Positions 10,985-23,468 of a DNA stretch of 64,000 nt are shown here, piece after piece; within the stretch, counting starts at the first letter, position 1, and every line of letters begins with the position of its first letter. The notes beneath the pieces are model-generated. The model had not been told where the DNA came from, did no database searches, and was given only the letters and a program-made list of their open reading frames with translations. The stretch is from Marsupella aquatica (lineage: Eukaryota > Plantae > Marchantiophyta). Position numbers and translations under genes: made by a program. The DNA lies in the NCBI GenBank assembly GCA_973895155.1, contig OZ316895.1, positions 1,626,994 to 1,690,993 on the forward strand, written 5' to 3'.

Positions 10985-12494
10985 ACTTTGAGGAAAAGTT
11001 TTCCTTCTTTGTCGCAATCCGCAGAACCTCTCTTTTCACTGCTCTATCACACGTGAGTGCGAGGTTGTTGCGATTCCCATTATGGTGGAAAGGTTCTTCC
11101 TCGAGCACCGCATCACAACTACACTGCAACGTGTATAAGTGCAACATATATAATGTAGACACCGAATGTAGCAGTGCAGGAACATAATGTATTTAGTGGA
11201 TAATTCTGGCTGGTGTCTTCCGTGGAGCCTGCACATGCACACGCCTGGAGACACGGTTCACTGTATCGATCCGGGTACCGTAGTGAATCACGACTATCTA
11301 GGAAGGCGCGAGTAGTTTCACTTTTTCGCCGCGAATGGAAAGTGTGTGAAGGAGAAGATGCTCAAAAGATTTACTATTGGATCATTTTCTTGACTGTCAG
11401 ATCTCCCTAGATTTAAGGCTGACCCTTAGATTCTGGCTAATGAGACCTGGGATTAGGTGAAACACTGGCTAATGAGAAAGCAAAAAAGTAGCGAATTTTA
11501 GCCAAAAGTGGCGAAAGATTTTCGGGGAGGTGGAATCTAGCGAATTTTCGCCACTAAAAAAAACACTGGTTTGGATAGTTTGACGGCTCGGATCTAGCTT
11601 TTTCCCTGCGTCTCCCCGTTCAGCAAGCTCCAGGTGATGAGCATGATTATGTTCCCTTTGGCATTTTTGCGGCATTGTCCTCTGTGGGATTTTTATGGGC
11701 ATGTTGCATTTAATGTATATCTGCGGTGTGGAATGAACTTGATAATCTCCACATTTCATTTCAAGAATAAACACAAGCAAAGTTCCTCGGGAAAGAAAGC
11801 AGAGCCAGTCATCCAGATATCTCAACACCACGGCACATCACAACATCCACCGAATTGAAACGGGCCACCGGTAATCTCCATCGATTTACAATCGTCAAAA
11901 TTTTCGTTCCAACGATAGAAGATGATAGTTGCTCTAAATTCTGAGAATGTGATGTCGTCGATGGGACAGAGTATTGGCCTTTCAGGCTCTTTTGAAACAT
12001 CCAAGCCTACGCCAGCTACATGGTCTCTCAAACTCAGCCTGTTCGGACATTCGTGAAACAATTCTCTGTTGCCTCTTTTAGGTTTTACCTCGAGGCACAT
12101 TTCAAGAAGCATCTTGGCTTAATGATGCAGTCGGACTTAGTGCAACCTGACTACTGCTCTGCCCCTACCCTGTGAAGAGTTCAGGATTTTGCTTAGATTG
12201 TGCAGAAACTCATAATATGAAACGAAAGACATTGGTTTGTGTGGTTACTGTCATTCTCTGCATGATCAAATTTGAAACGGGCTCATACTAGAGTGCCACT
12301 CCAGTAATTGTCAATACTCTCAATTTATACTGCTTTCACACTCCTCCTTAATTTCTTTCTAGAAATGACGATTTGTGCTAATCATGGTCGTAATTTTCAC
12401 CTGGAGTACTGAACTGAGCTTACGTAACAAACTGAATTATGTCACTGGCAATTCAGACGTGGAACTATTTCTTTGTTTTTCTTTGAGTTTAACA

Positions 12495-13967
12495 GGGCTG
12501 GATGAATCGGAAGATGAAATCAGGGACTCGCAGGATGAGGTCTGTGGGTTCCTTCGTGGAGACAGGATTCAAGAAATTGCATTGAGCCAGTTGTTCTAGG
12601 TGCGTTACCAAGAGACTCAACAGGAGGAGATGAAGGTGGGCATCGCCCATTTGGCCCAGCCTCGGAGGTTCCTTCCGAACAAGAGGCGAACCGGATAGAA
12701 GAAAGGATGGCTTTAATTTGTAATGAAAAACTTTAATCATCAACCAACTGGAAAGGTAGCTCTATTTCTGTGCAATCAAGGGAGACGCAGACTGGCAAGC
12801 GCATGAGACCTCATGAACATCGTCGGGGGTTTTATGTTGCTGAATTATTGCTTTTCTGTTTTTGTCGTTGCTTCACAACAACGCCATTTTCGACGAGCGA
12901 CTCCAGGGTGTCTATTCCCGAGTCACTCGGAAAGAAAACGTGTAGTATCTCTTTGGCCCAGCAACTCCAAGAGCCAATTGGAGAGACAGTTGACAGCGAC
13001 GGTTATCCATTCCAGAGATTTCAAAACAGTAACTCTAGGATTGAATCTAGAGGTATTCCTCTAGCACATCGACTTCAGGAACTGGTCCAACAGGCCCAGG
13101 ATGTGGTGCCATTAACTTGTCTTCCTCATCCGCAACTCAGAGTAAATATCTTATCTACAGAATTGATTTGTCATCCCAGGAGTTATTGCATACCCTGACA
13201 AATAACATTATCTCACCCACAGTTGTGTATCGCTTGATAGACTTGCCTACTCTAATTGATGAGGAAAATGCACCATAATACTCTATTATTTTTATCATTA
13301 TTATTTATTATGTAAGCTTGGTCCAACAGGAACCCAAACCCTCGAAGTGTGACATTTCAATGGCACACAGTGATTATTTTTCAACGCATGCACTCCTCAG
13401 GAATCTAATATCAAGGGGTTTTGATTTTGAATGCTTCAATTGCTTTACTGAAGGCTTGAGTGTTACCTCGAGTGTCCTGATGATGAGTACATATCTGAGA
13501 ATCATATTACACTGAGAAATTTTGGTCACATCTTGCCAGTCAACATTTCATTACCATTTGATCGTCAAAATTACCTTTCGAATTTTCATCAATAGTTGAG
13601 CATTTACGTGGCCACCATTGAAATTGAAGCAGAATCGGGGTCATGGGAGGGAATTTTTGGCCGTAGGAGCTCCAAGTTCTGATAAACTGATTTGGCTCCT
13701 CTAAAGTGATGGGCTTTCCTGTAAACGCGCTTTCCTTATCTACCTTGTCGTGTTACTACTTATGGTTCTATAAAATGTATCACCGCTGAGCAGGTCCAAG
13801 AGCCAATTGGACGGACAGGTGACAGTGATGCTTATATACGGGCAAGATTTCAAAACAGTGAACTGAGTCTGGAAACTAGAGGTATTCGTCTAGCACTTCG
13901 ACTATAAGAACTGGTCCAACAGTCCCCAGCCGCTGGCCCTTCCACTCTTCTCCCGCACCAACTCAGA
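12495..13967 (+). pseudogene. Decayed exon fragments, including a diverged duplicated exon of about 190 bp (about 12955-13141 and 13785-13967)
   Basis: QEPIGETVDSDGY.FQRFQNS..RIESRGI.LA.RLQELVQQ versus QEPIGRTGDSDAY..ARFQNS....ETRGI.LA.RL*ELVQQ. Both copies end CAACTCAGA|GTAA. In-frame stops at 12597 and about 13905. Confidence 0.55.
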
Positions 13968-14304
13968 GTAATTTTCTGATCTTCAGATTGCTCACTTCGC
14001 TCCCCAATTAGTATTGCACACCATGGGGATCATATCACACGACTTGAGGAATTCCTTGTTTGAATGTTTGGTTGTTGCGTGACGTCTGCAAGCTCTTCTG
14101 CATTGAGACTAGTTACGGGCATGAGAGTAACTGAGTCACACTACCGGCAAAATCTGACATGGAACAATGCTGTCTAGGTGAGGAATATTTGATGTGACTC
14201 TGATGCGTGCAGGGAAACAAATGAGACAAGATACTGCATGTTGGAATAAATCGTTTGTGATCACGGGAGAGTTCGGGGCCTGAGGAGAGGAATTGAGGGG
14301 AGGA

Positions 14305-17300
14305 ATGACTTCTCGCGGTGGAGGAGATGGAGGAGGAGGAGGAAGAGGCGGAAGAGTAGGAAGGAGAGGCGGACAGGGAGGGCAAGGTGGCAGGGCCGGA
14401 GACGGGGGACGGGGTGGAAGGGGAGGCATCGGTTGGAGGCCCGTTTCTGAAGCTGAAAGGATCAGTATTGCTGACCGGCTGGAACAATTTAGAGCCAACA
14501 ATGAGAAAGGTTAGTACACCGACAGACAGTCTCATATCAGCGTAATGACTGACAATGGTCGACAAGCAGCATCATCGCTTCCTTACTGCTTTCTTGCATC
14601 TGTCTTTGGTAAGAGATTCTTGCAATTCTTTCTCAGAAGGGTTTAAAGGAATTTTTATTTATTTTACTACTCTATCCCTGACTTGAATAATTGAAAAGTT
14701 GATGTGGCGCTCAATTCTTACAGTGATCATATGTCACTTTCTGCTTCGCCAAGGTGGTATTCTTTCGGTGCGGTCACTGTAAATTGGATATCAGAACCTT
14801 TTTGGCATCTTTGTTGCAAATTTTTGGCATCAAGAAGTGAACTTTCAGACGCCTGCTTATAAACGGAGCATTTTAGGAATTTCCCGTCCAATCTCGCTTT
14901 CTGCATGTTTTGGGTTGTGCAGTTGCAGAGCGCATTGCTACTGAACGGGGTGAACAAATTGAAGATACTGTAGGTTACCAGGTAACTGCTTACCTTAATG
15001 AAATGCGATTGTTCAGTCTCATGCGTACTTATGCGGTGTCCATGTTGGGTTTGTGAGGTGGGCACCTAACCGGTATGGCAAGTAGTTCGCTGGGATATGG
15101 TTATCGTAGGTTGAATTTGGCTGAAGATTGATGTGTTAACAAAATACAGATTCGGTTGGAGTCCAGAGGGGGCAAGCATTCGTTCCTCATGTTCTGCACA
15201 AGTGGAGTTCTTCTAAGAAAATTGGTTGGTTCTGGAGGTCATTCTAAAACACATGGTGTAGGGGGTGCCGCTGATGATAGTATACTGGATGAGGCCGCTG
15301 AACTGGATGCGACACATGTTATTGTGGTAAACTCAACGCTCTTGATTGGTCTATCTTGTTGCTGGGGGTCCATTTCAGTTAGTTCTAATGTTTGATGGGA
15401 AATTTAGGGAGGTGGACACAGCGGTCAATTTACTGCAGAACAGCAGCATTACTTCCTTTAAAGCTAAGATTTCAAAGCCTTTCCGTCATCTGTGAGCCAA
15501 TTATTTGGATCTATTCCAGGATGAGATACATGAACGGGATCGAAGCTCCGACTTTTTGCTCATTGTACTCAGGTGTGGCTCTTTTCCTCCAATCCACAGG
15601 TTTTTTTTGTTTCCTTAGGTTTTTGTTTTTTGGGTTCCAGATTGTGATGCTGATGAAAGAAAGTGATCCAGGGATCTCCTTCCTATCAGACCAGACTTAC
15701 GGCTGGTAAGTCTGCAAAATTTTTCATATGGTAGATCAACATAGCACCCCACTGGACAACATACTTCATTTATTTGCTGAGTTTGTTTCCTGTCGGGAGC
15801 CTGTAAAGATGATTGTCTAAATGTGATGAGCAATTTGATTGGTCGTGTTCTTCATTCTTTAGAAAAGATTGTATCATATTCACCCTGGTGAGCATGTGCT
15901 TCTTGCAGATCCTGATGAGCGCAACACTCGATGCAGAATTATTTTCAAACTACTTTAACCAGTGTCCGTGCAAGTTCCTGGGTTTACTTATCCAGTAAGT
16001 TTCAACTCAGCATCCTATCGAAGGGCAATTGCATCTCTTGGTGTACTTGTTATTTTTTCGGACTTTTCGGGAGATTTCGGTGTTGAAGGAGTGACGCAAT
16101 TCAAACTTCCATTGAATCCTACCAGTTCGAGTAGTATCAGAAATGTTCCAGCGTCATCGTGCTTCACAAGTGACAAGTCTCTCATTAGTGATTGTAAAAC
16201 CAGTAGCTGCACGTTGAATGAATCAAGGCAGCCAACAGACCATATTTTGTCAATACTTTCAGAAATTTTTTAATTTTGAAATCCATTTGTCAACATAGAG
16301 TTTCTGGTAATGACAATTACGTGGCAAGAAGGGCTTACGAAGTGAGGCTCAGGCATAACGGAGACAGGTTGCATCCCGCGGAACTCTCGAGGGATTAAAA
16401 ACAGTGATTAAAAGAATTAAGACCTTATATCGAGAATACTTTCATTAGTATTCATACTGTTATAGATTTACCGTGTTTGGCTCTATCTCTCAGGATTTCA
16501 GATTCTCACGTTCTGTAGACGATTTTACTCGACTCAACTGAAGTCGATTTTAAACAGCAGCAATCACTCTCCCAGACCATTGCCGCTTGTTTGGAGTGAT
16601 CAGGGCCACTCTTGCTGAGCTTGAAAAGTATTGTTGAACTTTAAAGAACGTAGAAAATTGGATGAATCGTAGGTGATGCCTCTGCAAATATTAATTTCTT
16701 GTGTGGCATTTCAGGTCCGTACTTTCTATTCAGAGGATGTCCTGGCATTGACAGAGACAGAGGATAGTAGATCTACGGGGCTCAAATTGAGCAAGGAGGA
16801 TGCAGATGTCATGGACGAGGCTATTAGCACGGCATGGTTAGATGATGACTTCGAGTTGCTAGTACAGATTGTAACAGAGAACCAAGGTTCATCTCTATGT
16901 AATTATCAACATCCTTTGACTGGGGCAACAGCACTGATGGCTGCTGCTGGGAAAGGTAGGGTGGATGATGTGTCTCTTTTTCTGTCATTGGGAGCAGATC
17001 AGTCCATAGTCTCCCTTGATGGAGTAAGTGCCTTGGATTGGGCAAAGCAATATGGGCAAGAGGAAGTCGTTGAGTTTCTGCATAATTCTCAAGCAGAAGA
17101 GTTGAATTCAGTGGCGGAGGCTGAGCTACTGCGAAAGTATCACAGTTCCATTGATCAAGAAGAAATTGATGTCGGCCTGATAGAACGGCTGCTGAAATAC
17201 ATATGTGGGACCCCAAGTGACAATAAAGATATGAACCAGAGTGGTGCAGTGCTCGTTTTTCTCCCCGGGTGGGAGGACATAATGAAGACCAGAGATGTTC

Positions 17301-19753
17301 TCCAAGCCTCACCTCTATTTGGTGACAGCTCTCGCTATTTGCTACTACCTTTACATTCTATGGTCCCGTCCAGTGAGCAAAGAAAAGTGTTCCTTCCCCC
17401 TCCCCCAGGAATTCGGAAAATTGTTCTTTCAACCAATATCGCAGAAACTGCAATCACGATTGATGATGTAGTTTATGTTATAGACAGTGGGCGAATGAAG
17501 GAGAAGAGTTATGACCCCTACAGCAACGTCTCTCTTTGCAAACAGCCTGGATTTCAAAAGCAAGTTTAAAGCAACGAGAAGGACGCGCAGGACGCTGTCA
17601 ACCAGGGGTTTGTTATCATCTCTTTTCAAAAATGCGAGCAGCAGCTCTACTTGAATTTCAACTTCCTGAAATCAAGCGGACTCCACTTGAAGAATTGTGT
17701 TTGCAGGTAACAACTTGCCCTTCAACAACTTGCTGTTACCTCAAAGTTTTGAAGCAAATGTCTGTTACTGCTGACTCTGGGGAAAACCGGGGACGGGGTC
17801 TTCTGAACTCAGTTGTTCAGATCGGGGATCGTTGTCGACTAGAATCAGGCGTGCTATGCTTAGATTGCGACGGTGATGTTGATAAAGAAACGTTAGAAAA
17901 ATCAACAGTGCGTATAGTTTGTTTCGTAGGCTCTGGTTAGCCAACGATCTCATTAATGATATTGAAATGTTTTGCACTGAACAGGTGAAACTCTTGCAAC
18001 CGAGCGGTAGGATTGCAGATTTTATCTGTAAGGCCGTTTCACCTCCTCTTGAACTGGCAGTGCGAAATGCTGTCCTGTTGTTGCAAGACATTGGGGCTCT
18101 CACTGTTGATGAACGACTTACGGAGCTTGGAAAGCAGCTTGGTTCCCTACCTGTGCATCCATCGACAAGCAAAATGCTGATCTTGGCAATCCTTTTGAAC
18201 TGCTTGGATCCTGCATTAACAATTGCCTGTGCTGCTGGCTACCGAGAACCGTTTGTTCTACCAATGGCTCCTGATCAGAAGAAACGTGCTCATCTAGCCA
18301 AACAGGAACTTGCCGATTCTTATGGTGGTTACAGTGATCACCTGGCAGTAATTGCAGCTTTTGATGGATGGGAGGCAGCTAAAGCTAGGGGTCAGGGTGG
18401 TCGTTTCTATTCTCAGTATTCTATTTCAGGTGGCACCATGCACATGCTTGCTAGTATGCGAAGACAACGTCAAAATGAGCTTGCTCAAAAAGGGTTCATA
18501 CCGAAGGGATCTCAGTCATGCAGTCTCAATTCAAAGGATCCAGGTATTGTTCGTGCTGTACTGGTAGCAGGAATGTATCCGATGGTTGGGATTCTCTTAC
18601 CTCCCTTACCGAATGGGCAGAAAGCAGTAGTACAAACCGCTCGTGGAGAGAAAGTTCGAATTCATCCACATTCTGAGAACTTCAAACTTGTGCGTAGCAT
18701 TCCTCAGAATAAGGCCTCCACAGATGATCTACTGCTCGTCTTCGATGAAATAACTCGAGGAGAAGCTCAGGTCTATATTAAGAATTGTACTTTAGTTAAA
18801 CCGCACCCGTTAATACTCATTTCCACAGAGATGGTGGTTGTACCTCCTGATCCAATAGTGGAATATGAAGAGGAGCAAGATGACATGTTTGACGATAGTG
18901 AGGATGAAGACATCCCAACACAACGGCCTGTCAAGACTGCAGCGGACAGGCAGATGGCATGTATGGCTTCACCGGATAAGAATGTCACTATTGTTGTGGA
19001 TTGCTGGTTACGTTTTACTGCAACTGCGGTTGAAGCTGCTCAGTTTTATTGCTTAAGGGAGAGACTTGCTGCAGCTCTTGCTTTCAAGGTGGGGTTTGGC
19101 CATTTTCGTCGAGCACAAGAGATTTAGTGCCACCTTGTCTTCGTGCGCGAAGATATTCTTCTTATGCTTCATTGATGTTTTCTGACAGTCTCTAGTTTGA
19201 ATATTTGGTTAGTTGAATAGACCAAGTCCCTTTGTGATGGCTCTCTTTAATATAGCATGAACAGGGTTCCGTGTAAGGTTTTTTTAATACACTTTTTGTA
19301 TGCCAGGTCAAGTATCCACAAAAGACGCTGCCACCTGTGCTTGGTGCAGCTGTTCACGCAACTGCGTGCTTACTGTCTTTTGATAATACCTTAGAACTTG
19401 ATTTACCACCATCAAGGAGCTATGGTAGTTCAAGTTCAAGGTCTGGTGTTGGTCCCGATCAGCGATCTTGGCTGCAAGGAAGTCCAGGTGGGAGTAGATC
19501 AGGAAGAGAACGCAACAACGTCCCTGCGGTCAGCTCCAGCCATGCTGAAAGGGGTTCGGGGTCGCAAAGATGGGGCAACTCGTTGTATGTAGCTGTAAAG
19601 GATGGGAAGTTACCGAAGCAGGAGCTAAGCAATAATGTAAAAGTCTCAAGCGCTGGGCAGGGTGCAATTGATACCAGACATAAGGGTTACCACCACCCAG
19701 ATTCTGGGCGAGGTGCATACTTCAAAAGGCCAAAGGGAGGTGGTGCAGGATAG
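14305..19753 (+). pseudogene. DExH6/NIH/HVT1-type (YTHDC2-like) DEAH RNA helicase with ankyrin insert, probably a pseudogene. Exons about 14305-14509, 15150-15326, 15520-15572, 15672-15705, 15909-15994, 16715-17706, 17985-19088, 19307-19753
   Basis: RGG-rich N-terminus; FCTSGVLLRKL; THVIV|DEIHERD; ILMSATLD; ankyrin (TGATALMAAAGKG); VLVFLPGW; LPLHS; STNIAETAITID; QREGRAGR; HA2 and OB regions. Frameshifts at about 15967 and about 17533. No GxGKTT motif I exon between 14510 and 15150. Confidence 0.85.
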
Positions 19754-20416
19754 TTTACTGTTCGAATGCCTCTTATTTGTGGTTGACTTTGTTTGGAAAT
19801 CTGTTTGCTTCCCACACACTAACTGTGTGCTCGAGGCTTCGAGAAAATTCAAGGACTGAGGCTTTTGAAGGCTGCCTGCAACGGAATTGTATTTTCGGGA
19901 GCAATGCACCGTGCAGAAGCAAGCAGCGGGAATCTCCTCCTCTTTGTCAATGTATCATGCACGGCTTTTAAAGCCACAAGAGACTGGTTCAAGCCAGAAA
20001 GTGAGAGAGGTTTGTAATCTCTGTGAAACCTCCTTGCCCAAAGTTCGGAAGGCTAGTAACCTACTCTCGTCCCTAGTGTGTAAACTAAAAGCAACTGATT
20101 CAAGTCTTAGTTCTGAAATTAGATGCCGGTGTGGTTGAGGGTTACAATTCGAGCTAGTAAAGGTTCTATTTTAGTAGTCTTTAAAGTCTATCACTTGGTT
20201 GTTGTTATGCAGGTGCTATATTGGGTTCAGAATTAAATTGCATTAACAGGATTAGTCCGGAGGAGTACAAATGAGAAGGATTGGCCGTCAAATCAGAAGA
20301 ATGGTCCCCGTGGGATGCTCTTTAAGAGAGCAGATGTTTCCAATGTCTAGTCCTAAGTCTGGGACTGTTATTTTTTCATCCGGCTTGTTTAGCCTCTGGA
20401 GAAGATAAGCTCAGTT

Positions 20417-20710
20417 GTGATTATGAATAGGACAACATTGAAGAGTGGAGATTTATCTGAGCAGATAGTGAGGAAGAAGGGACTAAAAGCAGGAACCCGT
20501 AGTCTTCCACGTTCGGATCCATGAACCCTGGGTTCTTGGATTGCTTGTACATGAAAGGAGCATAGTGATTATGATTAAGACAACATTGAAGACTGGAGAT
20601 TTATCTGAGCAGATAGACGGGACTAATCAATCAGGGACCCGTAGTCTTCCACGTTCGGATCCATGAACCCTGGGTTCTTCGATTGCTTTGTGCATGAAAG
20701 AAGCGTAGTA
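20417..20710. repeat. About 148-bp imperfect tandem duplication
   Basis: GACAACATTGAAGA...CCCGTAGTCTTCCACGTTCGGATCCATGAACCCTGGGTTCTT occurs twice, at about 20431 and about 20579. Confidence 0.9.
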
Positions 20711-21097
20711 TTTGTGATTTTGCCATTCAGTCGGAATTGATCTGGTCGATTAATGCTTTCTCTCGTTATCGGAGTTATGTTTGTTTATAGTTGAGCCGTG
20801 ACTTACTTGAACTGGTTATTGAGTGGTGATTGTGCTTGGACATTTTACTTTTTGTGTTTCTGTGATTGTGCTTGCACCAGTATTTTTGTTTGTGGAGCTG
20901 TAATTATGCTTGCCACGGCCTCGCTGGAACGCAGAATAGAGCCTTATCTATTTCACCTGTGAAGAGTAAGGATGTCCAGAAGTTTGGTAAGGAAGGCAGG
21001 TTTATTAACGATTACAGCGTAAGTCTACAACCATTGCTCCTTTGTCGTTACAACAAACTACAACTTGAGAATGTCTAGGGTCCAGTGGACCGCCTTC

Positions 21098-21760
21098 CTA
21101 ATTCACTTTCTTCGCGAGCAAATCTGCTCTTCCGCCAATCATCCTCTCCGCTTTCAAGCCGCGCTCGCCAGTGCGGACTCGAATGACGTCCACAACGGGA
21201 GAAATGAAGATTTTCCCATCTCCCATTTCTCCCGTCCTAGCTTCAGTGATGATCGTCTTCACAACCGCTTCCACCTGATCTTTGGAAACGACGATTTCAA
21301 GTTTCACTTTCACCACAAGGCTGTCCTCTGAGAACTCCGACCCGGCGTACCGCTCGCGAGATCCTAATTGAGAACCGAAGCCTCGCACATCAGTGACAGT
21401 CACTCCGCGAATACCAGAATCGATTAACGCAGCGGCAACATGAGTGAGACGCCACGGCCTAAGGACGGCCTCCACTTTGTAGAAATCCGCCTTAGGAAGG
21501 TACTCACCTGACTCCGATCCACTTTCATCCGCTGTTCCGTTGCTGCTGGCAACACTCGCCGTTATGGAAAGGAATCCACGGCCGCCTGAGCTGACAAGTT
21601 TCCCTCCTACTTTCCGCACCAAATGCTGTGGGCGGAACGCGACTAACGACAATTTCGAGGAGGAGCCCGGACCGTTACACAGCTTGTTGCTGCAGCTGCT
21701 GCTAGATGCAGGACACCTGAAATCGACAGGTAGAAACGCGCTCGCCAGTACAGCCGCCAT
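21098..21760 (-). CDS. GLB1: Plastid nitrogen regulatory protein PII, intronless
   Basis: Ser/Arg-rich transit peptide, then YKVEAVLRPWRL, GIRGVTVTDVRGFG, KVKLEIVV, TGEMGDGKIF, IRVRTGERG and a Q-loop AERMIGGRAD. Confidence 0.95.
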   Translation of the reverse strand: MAAVLASAFLPVDFRCPASSSSCSNKLCNGPGSSSKLSLVAFRPQHLVRKVGGKLVSSGGRGFLSITASVASSNGTADESGSESGEYLPKADFYKVEAVLRPWRLTHVAAALIDSGIRGVTVTDVRGFGSQLGSRERYAGSEFSEDSLVVKVKLEIVVSKDQVEAVVKTIITEARTGEMGDGKIFISPVVDVIRVRTGERGLKAERMIGGRADLLAKKVN

Positions 21761-23468
21761 AGTTGTGAGCTCAAGTGTCGCCTGCCTTCTAACCTCCTGT
21801 TTCACTATTCTGCGCGCGCTACTGCCTCGTCACCTCCTTCAACAGATTCCCTCGATTGATCAGTGCAGTTCTCCGCTGCTTAGCTCAAGTGAAGTGTCCC
21901 AAGATCAAGAAAGATCCCTCTGCTTTGGCATTCATCAACTCTGCAAACTGGTGTTCCGAAGCAAATTCTCCATCAGCTTGTCTCGTACAGGATGAGACAT
22001 TCCTCACGACATGGCAGAACTGACGATGTAAACGTGGAGTGAATTCACAGCGTTCTCGGATAACCTCATTCATATATCAATAGAGCCTTCATGCACTTAC
22101 AGACGTCGTACTGCTAAAGCGAAGAGGCCGCCGCCAAGAGGCCCCAGCTATCGACGAATGAGGCGAAGATTGGCACCGTCTTCGACTCGCTGCGTATTCA
22201 GTTTACAGCCAAGCAGAGAGTCTCGGTGAGGTCTGCTGTCGCTTGACTGACGTGAAAGTGCAATTCGTCGTATGTAACGATCAGGATCAGGAGACAGAAT
22301 AGGATATACTCGAGCGCGAACAGTACTTTGTGGCTGTCGTGTTTCTTTTCTAACTGCCTGAAACAAAATTGAAGGGACACGCCCAAGAGACACCTACCCA
22401 CCTGATTGTAACTCACCTGCTCCGCTTATAAACCCTTCAGGCGGAAAAAGAGATCTCGGTTCTTACCTACTATTATTGTAGAACCAGGTAGGAGACCAAC
22501 GGAAGCTGAGGTAAGGGCTTGAGATATGAACCAAGTAACCAAGGCCGGTAGTGGTTGAGATACATCTGGCTCTTCACAGGTCTCCGTGCTAGGAAAGAGG
22601 ACCTCTCGAAGGCTGATGATTCTCGGCATTTAGGCTTGCTTCCAGACTAGTCGAAAGGGTTATAATTATTTTTTCTGTGCATTGATTTACATTCGCAGAC
22701 AGTAATCCATAAGGTCTTTGAGTGATTCGTGATGAGTGTTCAATTATCTTTGTCAGGTAACCGAGGTGGCAGAAATTTCCCTGGGAACGGTTTTGATTAT
22801 CAGGGGAGAGACGGTAAGTCATCCAACCACATACCCCAGAAGGCTTCGTAGTGGCCACTTCGACAACCTACGTGTTTGAAGCAGTTTGTCGAGGGAATTC
22901 CAATCTTCTCTGGGAAACCCCAATCTGGTAGGCATGTGTGCCTAAGGTAAGGATCACATCAACCCAAATTCGAAAATACGAAGAGGGTCCTGATCTGGTG
23001 AGAAAATTCTGACCGTTTTGCTTAAGGCTGAACGAGTATCTATCGTGCTTTGTTGGATACACTCACATGAGAGAATGCATGCTCAGATTAGGGAATGCAT
23101 GTTCAACTGGTGGAACACATTTTTGGATCCATTGGAGTAGAACAATCCAAGCTTTGGCTCTGGTTTGTGGTTCAAGAGTGAACGATTCTTTCTTTCTTTG
23201 TTAACTCATCATGATCGACAATTCATATTAAGTGGCGGGACAGTGTTTTGAATTCAGTAGGGTAGAACATGCCAGCTCTTCCAATTTCAGGTCGTTTAAC
23301 TCTCTTTATTTTAAAAAAACTGTTTAGTAGTCATCGCTATATTATGGATTCTTCGAGTCCATCAATTTGAGAACAGGTATTCAGTTTAGCCAAAGGAAAC
23401 TTTGGTGGGTGAAATTACAGAGGCAGAGGAGGGTCATTCACTAGTGAGGGTAGCATTATTGTGTAGGC

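Noticed and set aside
11700-12112. Minus-strand peptide IDDITFSEFRATIIFY, faintly BTB-like
   Set aside because: Too short and surrounded by stops; needs a profile search.
14113-14565. Pro-rich and Ser-rich minus-strand ORFs
   Set aside because: Antisense of the helicase Gly/Arg-rich first exon.
22148-23062. Cluster of short minus-strand ORFs upstream of GLB1
   Set aside because: No motif or splice-consistent model; possibly an old TE or gene relic.
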